A stretch of DNA of 64,000 nt from Catajapyx aquilonaris (Eukaryota): NCBI GenBank assembly GCA_000934665.2, contig KZ538793.1:1-64000 (forward strand). The letters run 5' to 3'. How positions within the stretch are numbered: position 1 is the stretch's first letter; every line of letters begins with the position of its first letter. The notes under the pieces are model-generated. The model was not told the origin of the DNA, did not search any database, and saw only the letters and a list, made by a program, of their open reading frames with translations. The position numbers and the translations under genes are program-made. Positions 13,201 through 25,200 of the stretch are shown here, piece after piece.

Positions 13201-15379
13201 AAGAAAAGCACAGTTGGGACATGGCGGGGAACTATCACAATGACTCTGCACAGGGTGACACGAACTGAACGACTCGGTGCAATTTTATTATTTTCGCACA
13301 AAAAATACTCTACCAAACATGACCACCAAGCGTACAAGTCGAAGATACATTACTCAACATATGACTCGGTTCATTCGGAAAATCAGGTCTTCATGTAATA
13401 TTGGTATGCTTTGATGACACGAGTTTAAATCCATTTTAGAATGTATCATCCTATTTTAGAAACAAAACAACGAAGCGCCAGAACGTTTGACTATTCCTAA
13501 TTACTGTGTTCATTTAGGCAGAGTGGCAGCACTGTTCATGGTTCTTGTGGAGCCTGAAAGGCGCCCTTTAGAGAAATGACACCATGATGACTCTGAGTCT
13601 TCCCTCAGTATTTTTGTGACCATGAAAAGCAATGGTTCCAGGCTCCACGAGACGCCATTCCGGACGTTAGACTGCGGCATTCGAATACACTCTTGCTAGA
13701 AATGGGTGGTAGGATGCATTCTACGTACACCATCATTCCCGGAGAGAGAAGATCCCGCGTAGTCGGCAGTGAGATAAGCCGCCTCCTGATTAGCATTTTT
13801 ATTGGCCAGAATCCTATTCGGAGCAGCCAATCGCTGCATCACGAGCCCATCTCTTCTAGGACCAGGGGACTGATAATTGTCCGGATTTGGCTGATGAAGT
13901 TCCATTGATGAGAGAGTGGAGGGGAAAAAGTGGGAACAAGTGGAATCGGATGAGAGCCCCAAATGGCCCTTCTGGTAACCGCCTTCCCAGATGCACTTAT
14001 CCTCTCTTGCGCTATATGCTGCTTGTATTTGCCTGTGTGGCTTATGCAGCAGAATATATGGCCTACTTTCAACCTCCCAGTATATAGGGGGGGGGGGGGT
14101 ATTCCAAGCAGTGCAATCATCGCCGGTCCCACCGCCAATATGGGCCCGGATTATTACCGTTCATATGTACCAAAATGCATCCGTATTTATTCTCAAAATG
14201 TAGGAGTGCATGTTCTTGTATGCGGTTACAGGGTGGTTCTCTGGCCAAGTTCACAATCCGTAAGCGCCATTATGAAACACCTCTCAACGATAGTTTCTCA
14301 TTATGCATAAAAGTTCATACTTTTAAAATAAAGCGATAGGTATTTTCATCTGCCTTTAAAAATTGGACTCCCCCAATATGCCTGTGCCGGTGTATAGTCT
14401 CTCAATACACGTTCTTGCACCAGCAAATGAAAACACCCCCGTGTTTATAATGCATGAGGGGGTAGGTGTAATAGCAGTTCATCCGTTCGCATTTTATGGT
14501 ACGTTACGGTACTGTATGTGTATAAAGTATACTATTCAGAAGCTACCCTATTCCCCGTTTACTCTATGGCCTATTTCTCTCTCACTCCTGGCTTTTTCTC
14601 CCCCTCCTCCTCCTCCTCCTCCCCCCCTCCCCTGACTTCTCCTCCCGCCCTCTTTTTCCAGCAGATCTCTTGTATTTTTAATTCCCACTTTTGTAGCGAG
14701 AAACTGGAAGAGAGTTCGTCGGAGCCTTGATTCCATCAACGGACTCTGTTGCCATACTGTCATTTCTGCCTCATGCACAACTGGGGGCTCGTAAAGAATG
14801 GAACGTGTGCGTGGAAGCCGAGTTTCGTGTCGTATAGAAGACGAGTTCATCAAGGTGAATGAGATACTGCAGGAGGCAGCCAAATGAAACTGGAGGATTG
14901 TGTTGCATCTCTGCATCTTAGATAGAGCCTAAACTATTGGGGGTGACACTACCACATTGTTTGAGGTGGCATGTGATCTGGTTACTCTTGTGATGAATTA
15001 TGGTTGTAGTTGACACCAGTGTAATTAATTATCAGTTATACTTATGTGCCCTTTAGCTGCTGCGATGGCCTGATAAGTAGGCTACTGCAGTCCGGACTGT
15101 TTCTTCAGTATGAAACCAGTTAAGTTAATCCTTGACTGGTTTGTGGGGTAAACAATCCGTGACTTCACCACCTCGCGTTCGTATGTGGATGCGGCAAAGC
15201 GAAGGGTGTTCGAAAGGCTGTTTATCTGACTATGAAGCAATCCATACATCCATAAAAATAAGCATCCTTATCTGATGAACCTCTGATGGTGTTTTCCTTT
15301 TCTTTTCCAAGACCTATCATATACGCAACTCCATCAGTTCTTCAGATCCACCACAATATACATGGTAGGGTCATCCCAT

Positions 15380-15789
15380 CAGGGGCGGATCCAGACTTTC
15401 GATTTGGGGGGGGGNGTAGTATTTATATGAACGACTGTTAAAAATTTACCTTAACAATGATCAAAATTGAAAACAACACAATATACGTATGTCTACACCT
15501 ATAAAACACATCGCTGAAATACTTGTCTACACACACTATAGGATACAGCGGAGAATCCAGCAATTTTTTCTAGGGAAAAAAAATTCGGTTCAAGGTCACA
15601 ACCCTTCCTCTCGACCCCATGGGGCAAAAAGGAAAAGAACCCGTAGAACAGTGCAATGTTGCACTGTTCTAGAGGATTTTTGTGAGTTTTTCCCCCCGTT
15701 TTTTTTCTTTTCTTCCGGTTTTTCCCCTCTGGGGGAGCCATAGGGGGGGCGATCGCCCCTTCGCCCCCCCTCCCCTGGATCCGCCCCTG
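15380..15789. mobile_element. hAT-like MITE
   Basis: Perfect 15-bp TIR CAGGGGCGGATCCAG / CTGGATCCGCCCCTG with G/C runs inside; flanking duplication ggtcatcccat / ggtcatcctat. Confidence 0.85.
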
Positions 15790-16333
15790 GGTCATCCTAT
15801 ATACTCGTCTAGCATATAGCCCCTATACTCCCAACACTCTGACTCAGATTTTGTAAGGTTGCATCAGAGAAGGTTTTACTGCTGGTTAAAGTTATATGCA
15901 TGTTTACTTTCATGTGGGTGTATAGAGTGTAGGTTCATTGCGCTTCATGGGCAGGTAAAAAACCATTTTAAATGCCCCTCCTAGTATGCCATACATTTAC
16001 GTGAATTAAACGCTCGTGTAAATCAATTCCACTAGAATTAATATTATACCGGTATACTAATATACGTATACTTACATCAGCCTTTTAAAGCAGCCACCAT
16101 TGAAATTAACGTCGGCTGAGGAAATAAAAATATTGTTAGACATGCAACATGACTGCAATAAGGGAGTTTGATCGCCACATGGTGCATGCATATACAGTAT
16201 TGCATACTTGCAGAGCCTATAATCATGCTCTAAATTCAAAGGCTGGTATGTGTATTATTATTAAAGTAAGTTTGAGAGCTATTGAAAGTTACTGCTCCAA
16301 TGTAATTGATTAAAAATAAGCAGCTTAGTTATA

Positions 16334-17240
16334 CAGGGTTCGGAAATTTAATCTACCTTCGCTTCGGGGGATGGTACAAGGGTTCTAGGCGATCATTTTA
16401 AGTATAGGTATCGTGCATCTCCGAAGCATAGTTACCGAGATACTTGAAACACAAAGTATAATAATATAATAATAATAATAATATAATAATAACTGGGGTA
16501 GTGCTTTCATCCCCAACTGGGGGTATATCACACGTTCCTTTATTTTTGTTATTATTATTTTTACAGTAGCTGGTGCAGGGACAAGGTAAGGATAGGAAGG
16601 GGGGACACTGGTGCATGTGCAATCTCTCATGTTGGGGGTCGTGTGCAGTCCCCCAGGGGGGTCCGTTCGCCATAGATGGCCCCCCTAGATGCGGGTCAGA
16701 AACCCCCGACTGACCCGCATCTCCTCCAGGACAGGGAAAGGAGGGAAGCGGCTGTGGCCTATATTACGGTACGATCACGCAAATTATTCCTGGAGTGACC
16801 TTGGGAAACCACAGAAAACCAAGGTCAGGATCGCCGGCCTCCGGGATTCGAACCCAGGAGCCAGAACCTCCCGATTAGCAGTCGGACACCATGTCCACTA
16901 CACCACTACTGCTTCGGTTACTTGAAACACAAAGTATAAAATATCCTGGCAGGTTGCGTCCCTCCATGCGGCCTTACCTTTTTCATTTAAAAAGGTGTTA
17001 CCATGCAATTTAAATTTAAAATGCAAACCCATTAGGCGTATCAGACAGTGGCCTAGGCGATGGCAGTGTCATATAGGCTGTATCCGAAACATATAGAAGC
17101 TGGTATAATGCACTTTTTATTTAATGCTAATTATCTCGATAACTCTGCTTTGGAGACCCACGATATCTATACTTAAAATGATCGTCTAGAACCCTTCTAC
17201 CATCCCCCAAAGCGAAGGTAGACTAAATTTCCGAACCCTG
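16334..17240. mobile_element. Tc1/mariner-type MITE with long TIRs, interrupted by a SINE
   Basis: TA|CAGGGTTCGGAAATTTAATCTACCTTCGCTT ... AAGCGAAGGTAGACTAAATTTCCGAACCCTG|CA; inverted similarity extends about 105 bp. Confidence 0.85.
16462..16918 (-). mobile_element. tRNA-Ser(GCT)-like-headed SINE (head A, domains X+Y, tail T1 with (ATT)n)
   Basis: Minus strand has A-box TGGTGTAGTGG, gactgctaatc loop and B-box GGTTCGAATCC; ends gcactacccc+(TTA)n; 21-bp TSD TACTTGAAACACAAAGTATAA at 16441 and 16919. Confidence 0.92.
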
Positions 17241-18481
17241 CAGAAGAATCGCTAGCCACTCCGGACACTTCACTGGATGGGAACACACTGTAGTCTATAC
17301 GGCGTAATTATTTCTATTCGAGGAGTGATAGCAATAAGATGAATTTTTGGTGAATCTCGCACGCTTCTGTATAGGAATGTTTCACCCCTGAGTTCTACTC
17401 CTTCCGCAGATAAAACTACCCACTTCAAAAATAAAGCCACTATTGCTGATTTGGCAGCAAAATTGCACAAATACCGTAGCATTTAAAATTATAAACGTAA
17501 TAAGGAAGCCTCATTCAATCACCTCCAATCCAACTGGGCAACAACAATTCCGATGTCAATCGGTGGATGAAAAAGATAATGTGCATTGCATTTAAAATGC
17601 AAATATTTTGTATAGAAATTGCATGCTTGCGACACTCTCTCATCACGTAAATGTGGTCAAAAATATTGTTTCGCGGTCCAAAAATGATGCACTGAACAAC
17701 CATCCAACTTTTACTAAGCAACATTATCATTAAAACCTCTGCATGTCGAAGTTGGCCTACATGTATAATATATATATATATATGATAACGTATAGAGTCT
17801 AATGCATATATGGACGGAATTGGAAAATCGAAATGGTATATCGTGCTGGGCTAGTGGGATTCAGTGCGGAAGCTCCGACCCATCCCACCTTCGATTCCTT
17901 TCTTCTCGTTTGGGAAACTGCAATCTTGGAGATATATGCGGGAATAAATCCGGGAGAAGCGCATGTCTGCTGGCAGAGTGTGAGTAAATCCAGACGAAGA
18001 CTAATCGCTCTAAACACTACCGCAGGAACTTGCCAACACTAGATAAACTCGACTCACTATGAAGCCCCTGTTTTTCTGTGCCAGCCCAATTGGGTGCCTA
18101 AGTTTTTAAATCATACGCAATTTTGATACGAGTAGTAAAAAACTACTATATTTTATACTATACTTTTATATTACTATACTTATATTTACTATATTTTTAT
18201 ATTAATTTATTATATAAGTTAGTATTAATTTTTGATCTAAAAATACTATATCCAACTACCGAAATGTGTTCCCCAAGCCTGTGTTTTGACATATACTGGG
18301 TTGGACAAAAGGCAAGGGCGAATAGACCATTTTTCAAAAAATGGCGAAAATGCATTATCTTAAGTTGACATCACCCACCACATGTTTTGGTGAAATGGCA
18401 GATGTGTAGGTGGAACAATGTTCCTGTACGAGAAAGTGATTCCGGAGAATATCCAAAACCAGCGTAAGGAGAAAGAGTGAA

Positions 18482-20117
18482 TATTCCAGGTGCTAAGGGA
18501 AAAATTTGGCCCCAAATTTTGCATTTTGTGATAAAAGTGTGAAACTCGCTACTCTCGTTCTTTGGACACTTCTGAGTATATATTTGGACGTGGTACAGCA
18601 GGAGGCCACTTTCGCAGGGTTGCCAAATTGAACAGGGGCAGCATTACCTTTACATGAATAAGGACCTTGCATTCAGTGATAAAAACATGAAACTCGCCAC
18701 AATTGGTCTTTGCACACTTCTGAACATGTCAGACATGAGCCACGATTACCGACCTCGATGGAAGCCACTATATGCCATATCTAATAGACTGTGAAACATG
18801 AGTTTCTGTTGAATAGTGAGCTTACATTCGGTGATCAAGGTGTGAAACTCTGTACACTATAGTTCTGTGGACACACAGGGACGTCGGAAGTCTTTTCCAA
18901 TTGTGGGGGCGAACATCAGAACTCATCATGTGAACCAGAAGGGGGGGGGGGGNGGGGGGGCGTTTGTTGGACTTACCCTTTTTCTAATCCCCAACTGAAA
19001 GGGACTCTATCCTTATTTTTCCAGGAAAACTGTTTTAATTCGTTATAGGCACTGGAAATACAGTAATCTGACAAGTGTCACTGCTAGACATTTGTTTTGA
19101 ACGGACCGGGCCCCTTGTAACGGGCTACGGGCTTCCATGTTTATTGCACTTTTCCTGTTGCCTTCCTTCCGATCAAAGCTTCGCCGCATCTGAATAACCC
19201 CCATGCACTTCTGCCATCGTGAGCGGCAGCTTCAGCTAAAAGAGGGTCCCGTTTGAGGTTTGAAACGCGACACTTCCCGGCCAGCCTCCCCGCTCGGGTC
19301 CGGCGCTAATCAGTAATCACTAATGATGCATGCACAAATGCCAGTTGTGTAGATTTTTTTTTCTTAAAAATTTCCGACGTCCCTGGGACACACGTGGACA
19401 TATCTAGACGTGGGTCCACGATGACCGACTCTCTTGGAGCTCCCTATTCAAATACAAACGCGTTTCACAGTTTGTTAAATATGGTAACCCTGCGAAAGTG
19501 ATTTTCAGCAGGGTCGGTGATCGTGGCCCCACGTCCAGATGTGTTCAGAAGTACCGGTATCCAAAGAACTAGTGCACCGAGATTTACATCTTTATCGCCA
19601 AATCGAAGCTCCCTATTCAAACAGATACGCATGTTGCCCATGTTAGATATGGCAACCCCATGAGTGACTGATCACAGCGGGGTTAGTCTATCCATCGTGG
19701 CCTCACTTCCAGACATGTTCATAAGTGTTCAAAGACCAATTGTGGCGAATTTCTGGTTTTTATCACCGAATGGAAGGTCCTTCTTCATGTAAAGGTCTGC
19801 GTTGCACCAGTTGCATTTGGCAACCCGGCAAAAGTGACCTCCAGTGGGGTCACCCAGCGTGGCCCCACGTCCAAATATGATCAGAAGTGTCGAAAGAACT
19901 AGTGTGCTGAGTTTCGTGTTTTTATCACCTAATACAAAATCCTAAAGGTATGCTGCACCTGGATAGATATGGCAACCCTGTGAAAGTGACCCCCGGTGGG
20001 GTCACCCATCGTGGGCTCACGCCCAGATATTCTCATAAGTGCCCAAAGAATGAGTGTATACCGAGTTTCATACTTGTATCACATAATGCAAAGTTAAAAC
20101 CCTTAGCATCCGGACTA
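18482..20117. mobile_element. foldback-like DNA element with long inverted arms built of ~150-165 bp subrepeats
   Basis: Termini tattccaggtgctaaggg / cccttagcatccggacta; unit gcatt..gtgataaaa..tgaaactcg recurs at about 18520, 18670 and 18825, and inverted at about 19580, 19750, 19910 and 20065. Confidence 0.8.
18876..19385. mobile_element. hAT- or P-like MITE nested in the foldback element
   Basis: Perfect 14-bp TIR CAGGGACGTCGGAA / TTCCGACGTCCCTG; GGACACA duplicated on both sides. Confidence 0.8.
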
Positions 20118-21740
20118 TTAAAAACAATTTAGGAAGAATGGCGAATATCCATTTAATTTTTTACACTTAAATATCTATCAATATTTTCTAGTTGCGACTG
20201 CCAAAGAAAATCAATGCATTGCTCCAATGCAATCCAAAAATTTAGAGATACAGTGCTACTATGATTTTTTTGCCTGCCAAATTTTCTTATATGGATAAGT
20301 CACTCATTGAAATGGTGTACCGTCCTAGATTATACCCAATATATCATAAAGCTTATTATACCCTTGCTGGATTACTCGGTAAAATGTACACCGGATTACA
20401 TGAGTCCTGATGCCTCGATACTTCCAGTGTCTGTTACAAAGAACATGTGTACTACAACATTACGTTGTCGCGACTCCACCTTCCTTTAGCCCAGTTGGTT
20501 CACATGAGCTCTCATTATGAGCAAGATGGACTTACTGCACAGAGACGCGATAAGAGCCTCTTTCAATACGCGCCCGCTTTTATCCCTGGCCCGTGACCCT
20601 GCCCAAAGGTAAAAATCCCCAGCAGCCAGGCAGCATTCCATGCACATGCCGAAAGGGTATCAGGATTCAAGCCGCTAGTCGGCTTTGGGGCGGTAACAAA
20701 TCCACCCAAAAGTCTATCTATAGACCAGTCAGTGCCCTCGGGGGGAAACCCTGTAATCCTACCCTCCGTCATTTATAGTACTCATAAGTGAAGAACAGAA
20801 GCAAATACCCTTGGCGGCTGTACAAGTCCTCCCAGGCCAAATCCACAGCTGAAATGTATATACGTGGGTCAAAAGCTTCGGCGCCAGGTAGCTGACCCTC
20901 CTCCCCTTCCTCTTCAGTGGCCCACTGCCCTGAGGTCAAGTCACTTTTTGAGAACGCCGCTTGGCCTTTTGTTCCAGCCAATTTCCTCCGCGTCCACCCC
21001 CACTCCTCCACTGTTTATTTCCCCGGAAAGGGCAATACCGCAGCCATAAATTGGATTAGCACCAAAGTGGGGACAAAAGGACCCTATAGCCTTTCCGATA
21101 CTGTTCCCGCCGTCGTGTATTATCTGCGACTCGGCCTCAGCCTGGCTTTTATGCCCGTGTTGCTTCTAAACGATCACTTTATGAATACTCTTCCATCTTG
21201 ACTATATGGGTTCCTAAAACTCATGGGCCTCTGCGGCTTTCATTCCAAAACGAAGCAATCATGTTAGGAGCCAGCCCTGATTGCTCCTCATACCAACCAG
21301 AATGAGTTATCACATTAACAGTTAACATTGTGCCATAGTCGAAGAGTCATCAGTCACAAGAGTGTGGATTCAGTTGAAAAGGGTGCATCCGGAGTGATTC
21401 TTTGACCCCCCCNTGCCAGGTAGCCGTATTGTACCGCCACAAGACAACCCGCTGCTGCTGCCCGCCCAAACACCCGCGGACACAAACATGTCCAGCCCCT
21501 GCCCACGCCTCATCATGACCCTTAATCCTCTCAAAAGAAGCACACCTCCAGTCTTCTAGTCCCATAAATCAACGTCCTAGGTAAGACCCACCTGCAGAAC
21601 CCCCAAGTCAAATCGGGTACATCCTGTCTCACCAACCCTCCCAAAAAAATCGTACATAGCCCGGCCCTTCCACAGTCGCGCAGCTTTTTAGGGTTGGCAA
21701 GCTTGCCTTCTGATTATGATATGTTAGTAGCCCTTATTCT

Positions 21741-21899
21741 GCCATTCGGAGCCCTGATAACGCCATGATGGCGCGGCCATTCTCCGGGCGAGGAAGGCGG
21801 GAATGTGACGTCAGAAGGGTATGCCATGCACCAATGGCGATTCGCTGGTGGTGGGGAGTTGGAGAGAGGGGGGGAAATATGGCGGCCCCGCCTCTTCAG

Positions 21900-21934
<35 letters not shown>

Positions 21935-21980
21935 TACCCTCGGCCTGAACAATCCTGTGTTGAAACCCGTATCCGATGGC
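21741..21980. promoter_or_regulatory. eve promoter-proximal region with GCCAT (Pho/YY1) cluster, CRE palindrome and GAGAG
   Basis: Eight GCCAT/ATGGC cores in 240 bp, including AAATATGGCGGC at 21875-21886; TGACGTCA at 21806-21813; GAGAGAG at 21862-21868; long poly-C tract ending near 21934. Confidence 0.4.
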
Positions 21981-22014
21981 TTTGCCCATGGTGGTGGCCA
22001 AGACAGTCGCCAAC

Positions 22015-22225
22015 ATGCAGGCTTTTCGGGACGCAGGCGAAGGGATGGGCTCCGAAGAGTTTGCACCGGCTCCTTTGACCGATGTTACCAAGCTGACGGA
22101 CGGGCTTGACCTTAGGGGCTCACCGCCTTCTTCCAGTCCAAACTCGCCCAACTCGCCTCCGACCCCGAGGGCCAAGGAGGAATCTTCGGGGATGACCAAG
22201 AACAAGGAGGACAAGGGACTCAAAG
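22015..22225 (+). CDS. eve: even-skipped exon 1 (N-terminus MQAFRDAGEG...KEDKGLK + 1 nt)
   Basis: ATG in CAAC-ATG context at 22015; MQAFR resembles the Drosophila Eve start MHGYR; Ser/Pro-rich SPNSPNSPPTP; donor AAAG|GTCAG at 22226 in phase 1, and G + AT(31554) restores the GAT (Asp) frame of the homeobox exon. In-frame upstream ATGs at 21976 and 21988 are alternative starts. Confidence 0.8.
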
Positions 22226-25200
22226 GTCAGACGCATGTTTGTCATTTGCATTGTACCCCCTTCAGATTTAAATGGACCGCGGGGGGGAGGGAGGGTCGTG
22301 CATATGTGTATAATTATTATCAATTAATTATATACAGGAAGGGTGTTAAAAATAGTGACAAAAGCGGACAAAAGTGTCCGTAATTTACAAACAACCCGTC
22401 CCACATATTGAGATATCTATGGAATAGATATCTCAATATGTGGGATATGTCAGTATGGTGTGAAGGACGTAAATCGGACGATTCAGATGTGTTAACTAAT
22501 TTGGCAGTGGCTATCACGTTTGGTTCGTCATTACAACCGCGTGGATAATATTATTAGGCATGTTGATCACGCAACGCATAAATGTCTATTGATTCTCAAT
22601 TAGGCTCTAACTTGATGATTCCGTATAGGCCTCTGCAGTCTGGCAGTTAAGAAGGGCCGCATTGCTCTTGTTAGGGTTAAAATAAATAGAAACACCTCAG
22701 TTTTAGGAGTATGTGCTGAAGATTCTACAAGTTTAATTTTTCATTAGGGCGATTCTTTGAGGAAGTTAAGTTGTATTTCTCACTGCTACCACCTGTTTTA
22801 TTTTAAAACCGGGGTTATTATATTGTATAGAGTGCCATTCACATATGGCATGTACTGAAAGCCTAATTTACTTTTTCGATATGCGCGTTCTTTTTGCCTT
22901 AGTTTTTCCAGGGTGGTGCAGGTTCTGTGAAAACCTCATGAGTTGTTATCGGGCAGCGTGATTGGTCAAAAATGGGAAAAAAATTTGACATAATTTTGCA
23001 TTATTGGGTATGACGTGCTCATAGAACTGAAAAGTGATACGGCAGTATAAGTGATGCTGCAGTGACGAAACAGCTTCATTTATTTTGAAGACGGTGCGGG
23101 TAAATCATTCTATGAATTGTTAGATTTCCGGGAATTTTCCTGATAAACCGTATAGCGTTTGACGACTAGTATATTAAGATGTAATTTGTTGTGGAATAAA
23201 CAGTCGACTATCATAAAATAACACGAAGCGCCTGTAGTGCTGCAGCAGAAAAAAAAGTGAACTTGAAAGTATAAAACTGTATCACATTTACACCTTTTAC
23301 TGCATTTACACACGAGAAAGTAACTGTTTTCAATAGTATTACTTGCTCATTCTTCCGCTGCTTTCAAAACAGATAATTATTATCTAACTATTTGGAAAAT
23401 AAATCAGCACGGACTATCATTCAGTATATTATAAATTGGGGATATTATATATGCAAATAGGATTGAACAACCATAATAAGTAGCCTACGGTATATTAATT
23501 TTTGCTGTCTGATTTTGATATCTTATTTTATTCTTAAGATCATTGAAGTTTTAAAAATTGGTTGCTCGACTTCTTTGAATTTCAGTGAAAAAATCCTGAG
23601 ACTTGCCCTCACTATGATTGCTAAATTCCATATTTTAATAATATAATTTGTAAAAACACAGCCAATAAAAATAAAATACGATACAGTTATTACCTCACAA
23701 AGTTTAACCACTCAGGTCATGCACACATGCAAATTAAAATGCTACATCAATCAGCAGGCTTGGAAATAAAAATGAATCATTCTTAAAAACACTGAAATGA
23801 ACTTGTGTGATATTTGACCGCATTTTCATCTCCCAGCAGGATGCAATAATTTGAAGTCTCATCAATTGCACAATAATAATTGTTTTCCGGACTACGGGGA
23901 TCCTACAATTGCACATTTCAAATACGGTACGTAGTCAAGTTATTTGGGGATTTCTCAGTGATGCACTAGATATTTGTGTATATTAATTATTGTATTCTGT
24001 TAGACTAAGCGCAACTATTGCATTTATTATTATAAAAATGAATTTTAACACATTAGAGTTGCTTCATTCCTGATCAGGCTAATCATTAAATAATTGCCTA
24101 CTCCCAAATTAACCAACACCGCGGAAAAAATTTCTTGTGTTTGAAACTACCGGTACGGCATGCAAGGACACGGAAATCGGTCCATCAGTCCTACCGAAAG
24201 AAACTGAGATCAAATATCACATATTTCACAGTTTTTTTGGCATTTGTTTTTTCAATATTTATTCCCAATCTTGTTGATTTAATGCATTAAATGCCTGCGT
24301 GCATGACATTACAGAGGCCACATTTTCTGTGGTTAGCCGAAGCATCAGTAGTTTTTTTGATCAATCCGGAAAGTGTACGTTTACATTGTTTTTAACGAAT
24401 TTAGGGTTAATTTCACATTTTCAAGGTGCTAAATCCCATGACGCCATGGAATTATTCTCATTGCCGGTATGTGCTTTCATTTGTACGTAGTACCTCGAAG
24501 ATATTTCTCAATAATAGAAGGGATCACCGGCATCATTGCAGTATAAAAATAGTTACATTTTATTGGCCATATTTTTGACAATATTGTTCTAAAAGTATTG
24601 GATTTAGCAGTAATTTAATCAGGGCAAGCCTCATGATTTTATCACCGAAATTAAAAGTGGTCGAGACACCAATATTCGGGGCATGGGCTGTTTTGGCATC
24701 GACTTATTCATTTCATTGACCACCTCCTCTGACAGTGTTTATACAATTCAATAAGTTTAGACACTTATGCCTAATTCAAGTTCAGAGGTCAGCAGTGAGC
24801 CTTAAAAAGGTGAATTGTAGTTAATGTGTCTACATTTCCAGCCATACCGTATATTAACAGCAGGCCTATATATTTATTATTTAAAAAACTTGATACAACC
24901 ATTACAAGTATAGCCTGTTACTCCTCCAGCATAACAAATTCCAATACAAAATTGACGAACATTGGAGCAATGCTATATTTGTTCAGTGTTGTCACTATCG
25001 GCTGTGCAGGGCCCACAGTTAACCAAGTATTAGACACGTTATTTTGCATCTTACGAAAATATTGCAAGGATGCCTTACATGCACATTACATGTAGCCTGC
25101 GTACTTGCAAGGGTTATTCCAGCGCCTTTTTATGCTTGCACAATGTGCGATTACCAGAAAAATAACATGCCATATAGATAATCGCATGTTTTCACCCCCG

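Noticed and set aside
21765..22109. Poly-Pro and poly-Gly ORFs overlapping the eve 5' region
   Set aside because: Products of the poly-C homopolymer in alternative frames; only the 21976/22015 frame splices in phase to the homeobox exon.
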